DNA of 64,000 nucleotides from Isoptericola sp. GTDB taxonomy: Bacteria > Actinomycetota > Actinomycetes > Actinomycetales > Cellulomonadaceae. The first letter of the stretch is position 1, and each line of letters begins with the position of its first letter. Both the position numbers and the translations under genes were made by a program. Location of the stretch: positions 1,929 through 65,928 of the forward strand of contig JAPSLQ010000002.1 in assembly GCA_031180595.1 (NCBI GenBank), read 5' to 3'. The notes beneath the pieces are model-generated. The model saw nothing but the letters and a program-made list of their open reading frames with translations, was not told the DNA's origin and did no database searches. Below, piece after piece: positions 1-10,516 of the stretch.

Positions 1-2
1 CG

Positions 3-941
3 CACCCGGACTGGATCCTGCGCGGACGCTCGGACCTCCCCGTGCCGGCCCGCCAGCAGCAGGTGCTCGACCTGTCGCGCCGCGACGTGCAGGCGTACCT
101 GCTCGAACGCCTCGACGCCCTGCTCACCGAGCACGACGTCGCCTACCTCAAGTGGGACCACAACCGGGACCTGCTCGAGGCCGGGTCCGCCGACGACGGG
201 CGGGCGCGCGTGCACGAGAACGTCGAGGCGCTCTACGGGCTGCTGGACGAGCTCCGGCGTCGCCACCCGAGCCTGGAGATCGAGTCGTGCGCGTCCGGCG
301 GCGCACGCGTCGACCTCGGGATCCTCGAGCGCACCGACCGCGTGTGGACGTCCGACACGCTCGACCCGGTCGAGCGCCTGCAGATCCAGCGCTGGACCGG
401 CCTGCTCCTGCCTCCCGAGCTCATGGGTGCCCACCTGACGTCGCCGACGGTCCACTCGACCGGGCGCACCGTCGCGCTCGACCTGTCCGCCGGCGTCGCG
501 CTCCCCGGCCACCTCGGCATCGAGTGGGACCTCACGACGCTCGACGACGCCGGCCTGGCCGACGTCGCCGCCTGGGTCGCGCTGCACAAGCGGTACCGCG
601 ACCTGCTGCACTCGGGCGTCGTCGTCAACGCGGACACCTCGCCCGACCGCGACGTGCGCGGCGTCGTCGCGCGCGAGCGCGACCGGGCCGTCTTCACCTA
701 CACCCAGGTCACGACGTCGGTCACGTACCCGCCCGGGCGGTTCACCGTGCCCGGCCTGGACCCGGACCGCCGGTACACCGTGCGCGTCGTGGCCGGCAGC
801 GTCGACGAGGGCCCGGGCCAGTCCCCGCTGCCGTGGACCCGGCACCCGGTCACGCTCACGGGCCGCCAGCTCGGCCAGGCGGGGCTGCAGGCGCCGGTCC
901 TGCACCCCGGCCGCCTCGTCGTCCTCGAGCTCACCTCGTAA
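3..941 (+). CDS. alpha-galactosidase (GH36), 5'-truncated by window edge
   Basis: Frame open from position 3 (HPDWILRG...). GH36 motifs YLKWDHNR, IESCASGGARVDLG and WTSDT; stop TAA at 939-941. Confidence 0.9.
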   Translation, partial: HPDWILRGRSDLPVPARQQQVLDLSRRDVQAYLLERLDALLTEHDVAYLKWDHNRDLLEAGSADDGRARVHENVEALYGLLDELRRRHPSLEIESCASGGARVDLGILERTDRVWTSDTLDPVERLQIQRWTGLLLPPELMGAHLTSPTVHSTGRTVALDLSAGVALPGHLGIEWDLTTLDDAGLADVAAWVALHKRYRDLLHSGVVVNADTSPDRDVRGVVARERDRAVFTYTQVTTSVTYPPGRFTVPGLDPDRRYTVRVVAGSVDEGPGQSPLPWTRHPVTLTGRQLGQAGLQAPVLHPGRLVVLELTS

Positions 942-982
942 CCCCGAGATCCCCAGGTACCCCTCAGCGCAAGGAGGCGCAG

Positions 983-2260
983 ATGCACGTCCATCCACCC
1001 GGTCGACGACGCCGGGCGCTCGCGGCGGCCGCCGCCGTCACGACGGCCGCAGGCCTGGCCGCGTGCGCGCCGGCCGACGCCGACGGCGTCGTCGAGCTCG
1101 ACTTCTTCCAGTTCAAGGGCGAGGCCGTCGGTGCGTTCGACGAGATCATCGCGGAGTTCGAGGCGCAGAACCCGGACATCCGCGTCGTGCAGAACGCCGC
1201 ACCCGACGCGGACACCGCGATCCGCACGCTGCTGGTCAAGGACAAGACGCCCGACGTCATCACGCTCAACGGGGCGCGGCCGTACGGACAGCTCGCGGAG
1301 GCCGGCGTCTTCCACGACTTCACGGGCGACCCGCTGCTCGAGCGCATCAACCCCGCCGTGCAGGAGGTGCTCGCCGACCTCGGCACGTACCAGGACGAGG
1401 TGAGCTCGCTCGGCTACGTCAGCAACGCCGACGGCATCATCTACAACCGCGAGATCTTCGCCGAGCACGACCTCGAGCCGCCGACCACGTGGGAGGAGCT
1501 CATCGAGGTCTGCGAGACGCTCGAGGCCGCCGGCGTCACACCCTTCTACGGCACCCTCGCCGACGCGTGGACGGCGCTGCCCGCGTTCAACGGCATCGGG
1601 GCGTACGCCGCCCAGGACGGGTTCTTCGAGACGATGCGCGAGCAGGGCACCGACACGGGGCCGGGCTCGGCCGTGTCGTTCGAGAAGGACTACGCGCAGA
1701 CGCTCGAGCGGCTCGCCCAGCTCTACACGTTCGCTCAGGACGGCTACCGCGGCCGCGCCTACGACGACGGGAACGCGGCGTTCGCGGCCGGGGAGTCCGC
1801 GATGCTCCTGCAGGGGGTGTGGGCGCTCGCACCGATCAAGGAGAACAACCCCGACATCGACGCCGGGGTCTTCCCGTACCCGGCGGACGACCCGGACGAG
1901 CGGCTCCTGGTCTCGGGCGTCGACGTCACGATCGCGATCGGCCGGGACACGCCGCACCTCGAGGAGGCGCGCAGGTTCGTCGAGTTCCTCTTCTCCCAAC
2001 CGGTGATCGACCGGTTCGCGGCCTCGCAGAACATGTTTCCCTCCGTCGTCGACTCGCAGGGCACCGAGGACCCGACCCTGCTCGAGCTCCAGCCCTGGTT
2101 CGACGAAGGACGCATCACAGGGTTCATCGACCACCAGGTCCCGGCGAGCATCCCGCTCGAGGAGACCCTCCAGCAGGCGATGCTCGACGGCGACACCGCC
2201 GGCGCGCTGCGGACCCTCGACAACGAGTGGCGCAAGGTCGCCGCGCGGACTTCAGAGTGA
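983..2260 (+). CDS. sugar ABC transporter substrate-binding lipoprotein (MsmE-like)
   Basis: AAGGAGG RBS before ATG 983; RR-rich signal peptide with lipobox LAAC; GIIYNREIF and PPTTWEEL SBP motifs. Confidence 0.9.
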   Translation: MHVHPPGRRRRALAAAAAVTTAAGLAACAPADADGVVELDFFQFKGEAVGAFDEIIAEFEAQNPDIRVVQNAAPDADTAIRTLLVKDKTPDVITLNGARPYGQLAEAGVFHDFTGDPLLERINPAVQEVLADLGTYQDEVSSLGYVSNADGIIYNREIFAEHDLEPPTTWEELIEVCETLEAAGVTPFYGTLADAWTALPAFNGIGAYAAQDGFFETMREQGTDTGPGSAVSFEKDYAQTLERLAQLYTFAQDGYRGRAYDDGNAAFAAGESAMLLQGVWALAPIKENNPDIDAGVFPYPADDPDERLLVSGVDVTIAIGRDTPHLEEARRFVEFLFSQPVIDRFAASQNMFPSVVDSQGTEDPTLLELQPWFDEGRITGFIDHQVPASIPLEETLQQAMLDGDTAGALRTLDNEWRKVAARTSE

Positions 2261-2267
2261 GGCGACC

Positions 2268-3194
2268 ATGACCACCACCACCCACGCACCGGTGCCTCCC
2301 GCGGCCGTGGCGACGCCCGCCTCCCGCCGGTCGGCCCGCAGCCGCCTGCGCCGGCCCTACTACTGGATGGTCCTGCCGGCCGTCGTGCTGTTCGCGCTGT
2401 TCCACACGCTGCCCGTGCTCGTCGGCGTCTTCTTCAGCTTCACGGACTACGCGGGCTACGGCGCCTGGGACTTCGTGGGCGTGCGCAACTACGTCAGCCT
2501 GTTCGGCGACGACCGCGTGCTGGGCGCGTACGGGTTCAGCTTCGGCTTCGCGCTCGTCGCCACCGTGCTGACGAACGTCATCTCGCTGGCGATCGCGCTC
2601 GCGCTCAACTCGCGGATCGTCGCGCGCAACACGTTCCGCGGCATCTTCTTCATGCCGTACGTGCTCGCGATCCTCATCGTCGGGTACGTGTTCCAGTACC
2701 TGTTCTCGAACTCGCTGCCCAAGCTGCTGCCGAACGTGCCGGTCATCGGCGAGAACATCCTGTCGAACCCGGACTGGGCGTGGGTCGCGATCGTGGTCCT
2801 CGCCGTCTGGCAGGCGAGCGCGTTCGCGATCATCATCTACCTCGCCGGGCTCCAGACCATCCCGCCCGAGCTCTACGAGGCGGCCTCCCTCGACGGCGCC
2901 TCGCCGTGGCGGCAGTTCACGCGCATCACGTTCCCGCTCATCAGCGCCTTCTTCACGATCAACATGGTGCTGAGCCTGAAGAACTTCCTGCAGGTCTTCG
3001 ACCACGTCGTCGCGCTCACCAACGGTGGTCCGGGCACGTCGACCGAGTCGATCACCCTGCTCATCTACCGCGGTGGCTTCACGGGCGGCGAGTTCGCCTA
3101 CCAGACCGCGAACGCGGTGATCTTCGTCATCGTCATCACCGTGGTCTCGCTCCTGCAGCTCCGCTTCCTCCAGCGTCGAGAGGCCGACTTCTGA
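2268..3194 (+). CDS. carbohydrate ABC transporter permease
   Basis: Multiple TM helices; EAA loop (LYEAASLDGASPWRQF). Confidence 0.93.
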   Translation: MTTTTHAPVPPAAVATPASRRSARSRLRRPYYWMVLPAVVLFALFHTLPVLVGVFFSFTDYAGYGAWDFVGVRNYVSLFGDDRVLGAYGFSFGFALVATVLTNVISLAIALALNSRIVARNTFRGIFFMPYVLAILIVGYVFQYLFSNSLPKLLPNVPVIGENILSNPDWAWVAIVVLAVWQASAFAIIIYLAGLQTIPPELYEAASLDGASPWRQFTRITFPLISAFFTINMVLSLKNFLQVFDHVVALTNGGPGTSTESITLLIYRGGFTGGEFAYQTANAVIFVIVITVVSLLQLRFLQRREADF

Positions 3195-4021
3195 TGCACA
3201 CCGACACCCGCAGGACCAACTGGTGGGCCACCGCCTTCGTGGCCGTGTGCGCACTGACCGTGCTCGTGCCGATCTACCTGGCCGTCGTCGTCGCGCTCAA
3301 GACGCCGGACCAGCTCGCCGGCAGCGGGTTCGAGCTGCCGACGCAGGTCCGCTGGGAGAACTTCGCCGAGGCGTGGGAGCGTGCGAGCTTCCCCCGCGCG
3401 CTGACCAACACGCTGCTCATCACCGTCGGCGCGCTCGTCCTGACGCTGCTGACGAACTCGATGGTGTCGTGGGCCATCGCCCGCAACCTGCACCGCCGGT
3501 TCTTCAAGGGCGTGTACTTCTACCTGCTCGCCGCCCTGTTCGTGCCGTTCCCGATCATCATGCTGCCGCTCGTCAAGGAGACGGCGATCCTCGGGCTGGA
3601 CAACCAGGTCGGCCTCATCGTCCTGTACACGGTGTTCGGCCTGAGCCTCAACGTGTTCGTCTACACCGCCTACATCCGGTCGATCCCGGTCGAGCTGGAG
3701 GAGGCGGCGCGCGTCGACGGCGCGAGCACGTGGCGCGTGTTCTGGCAGGTGATCTTCCCGCTGCTGGCCCCCATGAACGCGACCGTCGGGATCCTGACGT
3801 GCGTGTGGGCCTGGAACGACTTCATCCTGCCGTTGGTGGTGCTCTCCGACCCCGCCGCCCGGACCATCCCGCTCGCGCAGTACATCTTCCAGGGCCAGTT
3901 CAACACCGACTACACGGTGGCGTTCGCCTCCTACCTCATGGCGATGGCGCCGCTGCTGCTGGTCTACGTGGTCGCGCAGCGCTGGGTGATCTCCGGCGTC
4001 GTGCGCGGGTCCGTCAAGTGA
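3194..4021 (+). CDS. carbohydrate ABC transporter permease
   Basis: ATG overlaps previous TGA (TGATG); EAA loop LEEAARVDGAS; WNDF motif. Confidence 0.93.
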   Translation: MHTDTRRTNWWATAFVAVCALTVLVPIYLAVVVALKTPDQLAGSGFELPTQVRWENFAEAWERASFPRALTNTLLITVGALVLTLLTNSMVSWAIARNLHRRFFKGVYFYLLAALFVPFPIIMLPLVKETAILGLDNQVGLIVLYTVFGLSLNVFVYTAYIRSIPVELEEAARVDGASTWRVFWQVIFPLLAPMNATVGILTCVWAWNDFILPLVVLSDPAARTIPLAQYIFQGQFNTDYTVAFASYLMAMAPLLLVYVVAQRWVISGVVRGSVK

Positions 4022-4047
4022 GCCCCGACCGACCAGAAGGAGATCTC

Positions 4048-5715
4048 GTGCCCCTCACGCCCGACAAGGACTGGTGGCGCCAGGCCGTCGTCTACCAGGT
4101 GTACCCGCGCAGCTTCGCGGACAGCGACGGCGACGGCATCGGGGACCTGCGGGGCGTCACCTCGCGCGTCGAGCACCTGCGCCGGCTCGGCGTCGACGCC
4201 GTGTGGCTGAGCCCGTTCTACCCGTCGGCGCTCGCCGACGGCGGGTACGACGTCGACGACTACCGCGACGTCGACCCGCGCCTGGGCACGCTCGCGGACT
4301 TCGACGAGATGCTGGCGACGCTCCACGACGCCGGCATCCGCGTCATCGTCGACATCGTGCCGAACCACACGTCGAACCGGCACGAGTGGTTCCGCCAGGC
4401 GCTCGAGGCGGGACCGGGCTCGCCCGAGCGTGACCGGTACGTCTTCCGCGACGGGCTGGGGCCCGACAAGGACCAGCCGCCGAGCGACTGGCGCTCGACG
4501 TTCGGCGGGCCCGCGTGGGAGCCAGTGGGCGACGGCCAGTGGTACCTGCACCTGTTCGCGGTCGAGCAGCCCGACCTCAACTGGGACAACCCCGACGTGC
4601 GGGAGGACTTCCTCAAGACGCTGCGGTTCTGGGCCGACCGGGGGGTCGACGGCTTCCGGGTCGACGTCGCGCACCACCTGGCCAAGGACCTGTCCGCCGA
4701 CCCGCTGCCGTCCGCGGCGGAGCTGCCGATCCTCGACGAGGTCGTCGACGGCTCCCACCCCCTCGGTGACCGCGAGGAGCTCACCGAGATCTACGCCGGC
4801 TGGCGTGAGGTTCTCGACTCCTACGACCCGCCGCGCGCCGCCGTCGCCGAGGCGTGGGTCGCACCGGCGCGCCGGCACCGCTACGCCCGGCCGACGAGCC
4901 TGGGGCAGGCGTTCAACTTCGACCTGCTGCGGGCCAACTTCGACGCGCGGGAGTTCCGCGAGATCGTCGACCGCAACCTCGCGGCCACGGCGGAGTCCGG
5001 CTCGTCGAACACGTGGGTGCTGTCCAACCACGACGTAGTCCGGCACCCGACGCGCTACGGCCTGCCCGACGACACCAGCGGCGAGGGCGACGTGGGACGG
5101 CGGTGGCTGCTGAGCGGCGGTGCGGCGCCCGAGCTCGACCCGGTGCGCGGGCTGCGCCGGGCGCGCGCCGCCACGATGCTCGTGCTCGCCCTGCCCGGGT
5201 CGGCGTACGTCTACCAGGGCGAGGAGCTCGGGCTGCCGGAGGTCGCCGACATCCCCGCCCAGGACCGCCAGGACCCGACCTTCTTCCGCAGCCCGGGGCA
5301 CGACGTCGGGCGCGACGGATGCCGGGTGCCGCTGCCGTGGGCGGCGGACGCGCCGTCGTACGGGTTCGGCCCCACGTCGGCCGCGCACCTGCCGCAGCCG
5401 CCGTGGTGGGGCGCGCTCGCCGTCGACCGGCAGGAGGGTGTGGACGGCTCGACGCTCGAGCTCTACCGCGCGGCGCTGCGCCTGCGGCGAGAGCTGCTCG
5501 GCGCCGAGGCGCTCGAGTGGCTCGACGACGCCGCGGTGGGCGCGGCCGCGCCCGGTGGCACGGTGCTCGCGTTCGGGCGGCCCGGCGGCTGGGTCAACGT
5601 CACCAACTTCGGCGCCGAGGAGGTCCCGCTGCCCGACGGCGAGGTGCTGCTGGCCAGCGGCGACCTCGGCCACGGCGTGCTGCCGGGCGAGACCACGGTC
5701 TGGCTGCGGCGCTGA
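4048..5715 (+). CDS. GH13 alpha-glucosidase / oligo-1,6-glucosidase
   Basis: GAAGGAG RBS before GTG 4048; WWRQAVVYQVYPRSFADS, DIVPNH, GFRVDVAH, SNHD, YQGEELG and RDGCRVP motifs. Confidence 0.92.
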   Translation: MPLTPDKDWWRQAVVYQVYPRSFADSDGDGIGDLRGVTSRVEHLRRLGVDAVWLSPFYPSALADGGYDVDDYRDVDPRLGTLADFDEMLATLHDAGIRVIVDIVPNHTSNRHEWFRQALEAGPGSPERDRYVFRDGLGPDKDQPPSDWRSTFGGPAWEPVGDGQWYLHLFAVEQPDLNWDNPDVREDFLKTLRFWADRGVDGFRVDVAHHLAKDLSADPLPSAAELPILDEVVDGSHPLGDREELTEIYAGWREVLDSYDPPRAAVAEAWVAPARRHRYARPTSLGQAFNFDLLRANFDAREFREIVDRNLAATAESGSSNTWVLSNHDVVRHPTRYGLPDDTSGEGDVGRRWLLSGGAAPELDPVRGLRRARAATMLVLALPGSAYVYQGEELGLPEVADIPAQDRQDPTFFRSPGHDVGRDGCRVPLPWAADAPSYGFGPTSAAHLPQPPWWGALAVDRQEGVDGSTLELYRAALRLRRELLGAEALEWLDDAAVGAAAPGGTVLAFGRPGGWVNVTNFGAEEVPLPDGEVLLASGDLGHGVLPGETTVWLRR

Positions 5716-5746
5716 GCGCGCGGACGGGTCGGTATCCTGGTCACCC

Positions 5747-7000
5747 GTGACCGCACGCGACGCATCCCCTTCCTCGCAGCCCGCCGGACCGCCCGTCGTC
5801 GCCGTCGTGGGCGGCGGGCAGCTCGCCCGCATGATGTCCCCCGCCGCCGCCGAGCTCGGCGTCCGGCTGCGCGTGCTGGTCGAGGACGCCGCGTCGTCGG
5901 CGGCGCAGGTCGTCACGGACGCGCCCGTCGGTGCCGCGTCGGACGAGGCCGCGATCCGCGACCTCGTCGCGCCCGCGGACGCGCGGGGCGCGGCGTCGGT
6001 GCTCACGTTCGAGCACGAGCACGTGCCCAACGCGCTCCTGTCCGACCTCGTCGAGCACGGGACGCCCGTGCGGCCGGGCCCGCACGCGCTCGTGCAGGCG
6101 CAGGACAAGATCGTGATGCGCGAGCGCCTCACCGCGCTCGGTGTCCCGTGCCCGCGCTGGGCCGCGCTGCCCACCGACCCGGCGGAGGGTCGCGCGGCGC
6201 TCGCCGGGTTCCTGGCCGCGGAGCCGAGCGGGCAGGCGGTGGTCAAGACGTCGCGCGGCGGGTACGACGGCAAGGGCGTGCGCGTGGTCTCGGACCCGGC
6301 CGACGTGGACGACTGGTTCGACGCGGTCGCGGCGGGCGGCCCGCGCCTCCTCGTCGAGGAGAAGGTGCCGTTCACGCGCGAGCTGGCGGCGCTCGTCGCC
6401 CGGCGCCCGTCGGGCGAGGTGCGCACGTGGCCGGTGGTCGAGTCGGTCCAGCGCGACGGCGTGTGCGCCGAGGTGATCGCGCCCGCACCGGACCTGCCCG
6501 AGGCGCTCGACGCGCGGGCGCGAGAGATCGCCGTCGCCGTGGCCGAGGGCCTCGACGTCACGGGCGTCCTCGCCGTCGAGATGTTCGAGACCGCCGGGCC
6601 CGACGGCGAGCCCGTGGTCTCGGTCAACGAGCTGGCGATGCGACCGCACAACTCGGGCCACTGGACCATCGACGGGGCGGTGACGAGCCAGTTCGAGCAG
6701 CACCTGCGCGCCGTGCTCGACCTGCCGCTCGGGGACACGTCGCCGCGCGCACCGTGGACGGTCATGGCCAACGTGCTCGGGTCGACGCTCGACGAGCTCA
6801 CCGACGCCCTGCCCGAGCTCCTCGCGCGCTTCCCCGACGCGCGCGTCAACCTGTACGGCAAGGGCATCCGCCCCGGCCGCAAGCTGGGCCACGTCAACGT
6901 GAGCGGGGCGGACCTGGCCGAGGTCCGCCGTCGGGCCGTCCAGGCGGCCGCGCTGCTCCGGGGCGAGCGGGCGGGCGCCGAGAACATCGAGGAGAGCTGA
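5747..7000 (+). CDS. purK: N5-carboxyaminoimidazole ribonucleotide synthase
   Basis: [37 protein letters not shown] and RKLGHV ATP-grasp motifs; followed by purE. Start chosen at GTG 5747 downstream of TATCCT. Confidence 0.95.
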   Translation: MTARDASPSSQPAGPPVVAVVGGGQLARMMSPAAAELGVRLRVLVEDAASSAAQVVTDAPVGAASDEAAIRDLVAPADARGAASVLTFEHEHVPNALLSDLVEHGTPVRPGPHALVQAQDKIVMRERLTALGVPCPRWAALPTDPAEGRAALAGFLAAEPSGQAVVKTSRGGYDGKGVRVVSDPADVDDWFDAVAAGGPRLLVEEKVPFTRELAALVARRPSGEVRTWPVVESVQRDGVCAEVIAPAPDLPEALDARAREIAVAVAEGLDVTGVLAVEMFETAGPDGEPVVSVNELAMRPHNSGHWTIDGAVTSQFEQHLRAVLDLPLGDTSPRAPWTVMANVLGSTLDELTDALPELLARFPDARVNLYGKGIRPGRKLGHVNVSGADLAEVRRRAVQAAALLRGERAGAENIEES

Positions 7001-7545
7001 TGAGCGAGCGCAACCCCGTCGTCGGGATCGTCATGGGGTCGGACTCCGACTGGCCCGTCATGGAGGCCGCGGCCGACGCGCTCGCCGAGCTCGACGTCCC
7101 GGTCGAGGTCGACGTGGTGTCGGCCCACCGCATGCCGACCGAGATGATCGAGTACGGGCAGAGCGCGGCCGCCCGCGGTCTCCGCGTCCTCGTCGCCGGC
7201 GCCGGCGGCGCGGCCCACCTGCCGGGCATGCTCGCGGCCGTGACGCCGCTGCCGGTGATCGGCGTGCCGGTGCCGCTGCGGCACCTCGACGGCATGGACT
7301 CGCTGCTGTCGATCGTGCAGATGCCCGCGGGCGTCCCCGTCGCCACCGTGTCGATCGGCGGGGCCCGCAACGCCGGGCTGCTCGCCGCCCGCATCCTCGG
7401 TGCCGGGACCGACGCCGAGGCGCTGGCGCTGCGCGAGCGCATGGCCGCGTTCCAGGCCGAGCTCGGCGACGTCGCGCGCGCCAAGGGCGAGCGGTTGCGC
7501 GCCGCTCGCGACGGCTCACGCCGTACCGGCTTCTCGGCCGGCTAG
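7000..7545 (+). CDS. purE: N5-CAIR mutase
   Basis: [30 protein letters not shown] and [14 protein letters not shown]; TGATG coupling to purK. Confidence 0.97.
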   Translation: MSERNPVVGIVMGSDSDWPVMEAAADALAELDVPVEVDVVSAHRMPTEMIEYGQSAAARGLRVLVAGAGGAAHLPGMLAAVTPLPVIGVPVPLRHLDGMDSLLSIVQMPAGVPVATVSIGGARNAGLLAARILGAGTDAEALALRERMAAFQAELGDVARAKGERLRAARDGSRRTGFSAG

Positions 7546-7563
7546 GCGCAGGCCGGTCGCGCG

Positions 7564-8982
7564 TCAGCCCTGCGGGAGCCCGCCGACGGTGCTGCCGGGC
7601 TCGAAGCCGCCGTCGCGCACGTCCGCCCAGAACTGACCGACCGTCTCCTCGTCCAGGAGGACGGTGGACCCGACGCCGGTACCCGGGTCGTACCCGGGGT
7701 TCGCGATCGGCGGCGTCCCCGTCACGCCCCGGGGCCCGGTGGCCTCGCGGAACGCGAGCGCGAGCCGCCCGAGATCGATGATCCCGGTCCGCTCGTCCAC
7801 GGCGAGCGCGTCGGTGCCGGCCTCGACCAGGCTCACCTGGTTGCCCGGCTGCACGAGCACGTCGGGGTCGGCGACCTTCCCGGCGATCGCCTGGATGACC
7901 TGACGCTGGCGCTCGGCCCGGCCGATGTCGCCCTTCGGGTCGGAGTAGCGCATACGCGAGAAGGCGACGGCCGTCGGCCCGTCCGCGACGTGGCAGCCTG
8001 CCTGCCACTGCAGCTGGCTCTTCTCGTCGTCGACGTCGTAGTCGAGGCAGAGCTCGACGCCGCCCACCGCGTCGACGATGCCCGAGACGCTGCCGAACCC
8101 GACCTCGGCGTAGTGGTCGACGGTGAGGCCGGTGAGCTGCTCGACGGTCTCGACGAGCAGCGGTGCACCGCCGAAGGCGTAGGCGGCGTTGATCTTGTTG
8201 GCGCCGTGGCCCGGGATCTCGGCGTACGTGTCGCGCGGGATCGAGATGAGCGAGGCCGGCCCGCTGCTCGGCTTGTGCAGCAGCATGATCGTGTCGGTCC
8301 GCGCGCCCTCGGTACCGTCGTCGACGCCGCCCGAGCCGCGTGCGTCCGAGCCCGCGAGCAGGTACGTCGTCCCGGGGGTGCCCTGAGCCCCGGAGAGGGC
8401 GTCGACGTGCTGGATCTTGCCGTTCGCCCACACGAGCAGGCCGATCGGCCAGGCGAGCAGCAGCACGAGCAGGAGCACGAGCACGAGCAGCGCGACGCGT
8501 CCCTTCCGCAGGCGGAAGCCACCGCCGGCGGTCGCCGCTGCCGCTCCGCCCCGTCCACCGTGGGGCGGGCCCGACCGGGACGTCTGCGGCGGAGGCGTAC
8601 GACGGGCCGACGTCGGTCGCTGGGCGGGTGACGCGGCGACCGGCCGGCCGCCCGCGCGCCGCGGCGGGGACGATGCCGGGCCGGCAGCCGGGGACGACGC
8701 CGGGGGATAGGACTGCGGCTGGCGTCCACCGCTCGGGCGGGCCTGGCGCTGGGGCCCGGCCGGACGCCGCTCGGGCGGTGTCACCGGGACCTCGCGCGAG
8801 GACTGCCGACGCACCCGCGGCTCCATGGGGACCGCGTCGTCGCGCCGAGCCACGCGCGTCGGGCGCGGCTCGCGGGCGGAGCCGTCGACGGCGATCGCGT
8901 CCGCCGCCGAGGCGGGCCTGCCCGCGCTCCGGCCGCCCTGGGGCGTGAAGCTCGGTGGGATCTGGTGCTCGTCGCGCGTCAT
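7564..8982 (-). CDS. LytR-CpsA-Psr (LCP) family glycan-peptidoglycan ligase with long Pro/Arg-rich N-terminus
   Basis: LLAGSDAR, RTDTIM, SIPRDT, KINAAY and GDIGRAERQR motifs after one TM helix. Confidence 0.9.
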   Translation of the reverse strand: MTRDEHQIPPSFTPQGGRSAGRPASAADAIAVDGSAREPRPTRVARRDDAVPMEPRVRRQSSREVPVTPPERRPAGPQRQARPSGGRQPQSYPPASSPAAGPASSPPRRAGGRPVAASPAQRPTSARRTPPPQTSRSGPPHGGRGGAAAATAGGGFRLRKGRVALLVLVLLLVLLLAWPIGLLVWANGKIQHVDALSGAQGTPGTTYLLAGSDARGSGGVDDGTEGARTDTIMLLHKPSSGPASLISIPRDTYAEIPGHGANKINAAYAFGGAPLLVETVEQLTGLTVDHYAEVGFGSVSGIVDAVGGVELCLDYDVDDEKSQLQWQAGCHVADGPTAVAFSRMRYSDPKGDIGRAERQRQVIQAIAGKVADPDVLVQPGNQVSLVEAGTDALAVDERTGIIDLGRLALAFREATGPRGVTGTPPIANPGYDPGTGVGSTVLLDEETVGQFWADVRDGGFEPGSTVGGLPQG

Positions 8983-8986
8983 CGTG

Positions 8987-10399
8987 TCACCCGGCCGTCG
9001 ATCCGCACACCGACGTGACGTCGGCTCCCGTGAAGAGCTCCTTGCCCGCCTCGCGCGTGCGCGTCGGTGACGGCTCAGGCGTCGGCGAGGCCGCCGACCC
9101 GCCAGCCTTCGCCGACCCGCCGGCGTCCGCGGCCTCCTCCTCGGCCGAGCCCCCACCGGTCGTCGCGTCGTCGCCCGCCGCGTCGTCGTTCGCGGCGCCG
9201 GCGCTCGGGGAGGACCCGTCCGCGTCTCCGCCGGCCTCGCCGCCCGCCTGCTCCGACTCGCCCGTCCCGGCCTCCTCGAGCGCGGCGGCGAGCGGGCTGT
9301 CGTGGCGCATCGCCTCCCACACGGCGTCCGCCTCGTCCGTCCACACGACGTTGTTCGGGTTGGAGGGATCGGTCGCGTTGGGGACGGTCATGAAGGTGAT
9401 CGTGTCAGGGCGGACGTTGCGCGAGCTGTACGCCAGACCGGCGAGTCCCTGCACCGACGCGAAGTTGTCGCTCATGGTCAGCGATCCGGTCACGGCGCCG
9501 AGGAACTGCAGCAGAGCGGGGGAGTCCGTGAGCAGGTTCTTGCTCAGCACGGTGCGCGCGAGAGCCGCCATGAGCTCCTGCTGGCGCCCGATCCGGCCGA
9601 GGTCCGAGCCGTCGCCCAGGCCCTGGCCCGTGCGTGCGCGGGCGAACTGCAGCGCGGTGGACCCGTCGAGCTTCTGCATCCCTGCCGACAGCTCGAGGTT
9701 CCCGGCCTTCTTCGACGAGATGTCCTGCGGGATGCAGATCTCGACGCCGCCGAGCGTGTCGATCATCTTCTGGAATCCCGCGAAGTCGACGACGATGAAG
9801 CCGTCCATCCGGACGTCCGTGAGCCGCTCGACCGTCGTCAGCGCGCAGATGGCGCCGGAGGCGACGTCGCCCCCCGTCGTCGCGCCCTGGGCGAAGGCGG
9901 CGTTGAACTTCGTGTGCTGCAGCGGGGCCGACGTCGTGCCGCCCGTCGTCGGGCACCCGGGGACGTCGACCGTCGAGTCCCGGGGGATCGACACGACCTC
10001 GACACGGGTGCGGTCGGCCGAGATGTGCATGACCATCGTCGTGTCCGAGCGCATGCCCTCGGCGCCGTCGTTCACGATCGACCCGTTGTCGCCGCCGCGG
10101 TCGTCGCTGCCCATCAGCAGGATGTTGATCGGTCGCCCGGCGTTCGGGTCGCTCACGACGTCCGGGCGGTCCACGTCCGCGAGCAGGGAGTCCGTGTCGA
10201 CCGAGTCGATGTTGGAGCTGAGCGTCACGGCCGCCGTCGCGCCGCCGACACCGACGAACGCGAGCACCGCCGTCAGAGCCAGCCCCGCTCCGCGGAGCGC
10301 ACGGTTGCCGCCGAGGTCGCGCGCGTGCGCGGGACCCGTCACCGGGACGGGTTCGGAGGGCCGGCGACGAGCAGGGGGCGCGGCATGACGGGGACTCAC
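8987..10399 (-). CDS. LCP family glycan-peptidoglycan ligase
   Basis: ILLMGSDDR, RSDTTM, SIPRDS, KFNAAF and SDLGRIGRQQ motifs; TACCCT -10 lies 7 nt before the GTG. Confidence 0.92.
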   Translation of the reverse strand: MSPRHAAPPARRRPSEPVPVTGPAHARDLGGNRALRGAGLALTAVLAFVGVGGATAAVTLSSNIDSVDTDSLLADVDRPDVVSDPNAGRPINILLMGSDDRGGDNGSIVNDGAEGMRSDTTMVMHISADRTRVEVVSIPRDSTVDVPGCPTTGGTTSAPLQHTKFNAAFAQGATTGGDVASGAICALTTVERLTDVRMDGFIVVDFAGFQKMIDTLGGVEICIPQDISSKKAGNLELSAGMQKLDGSTALQFARARTGQGLGDGSDLGRIGRQQELMAALARTVLSKNLLTDSPALLQFLGAVTGSLTMSDNFASVQGLAGLAYSSRNVRPDTITFMTVPNATDPSNPNNVVWTDEADAVWEAMRHDSPLAAALEEAGTGESEQAGGEAGGDADGSSPSAGAANDDAAGDDATTGGGSAEEEAADAGGSAKAGGSAASPTPEPSPTRTREAGKELFTGADVTSVCGSTAG

Positions 10400-10516
10400 G
10401 GCCTAGAGGGTAGCGGGACCGTGTTACGGCGCCCCGCCCACCCCGAGCGCAGGCGGTGGAGGAGTTGTGCAGGTCGGCCCGGTGATCGCCCACGGAGCCT
10501 CCGGTACGCTCGCCCC

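Noticed and set aside
1-5715. Sugar utilisation operon as a novelty
   Set aside because: Ordinary GH36 + ABC + GH13 raffinose/melibiose-type cluster.
3964-7284. 1106-aa antisense ORF (and similar ones, e.g. 47372-50800 and 52485-55559)
   Set aside because: Stop-codon scarcity in GC-rich antisense frames; no recognisable domains.
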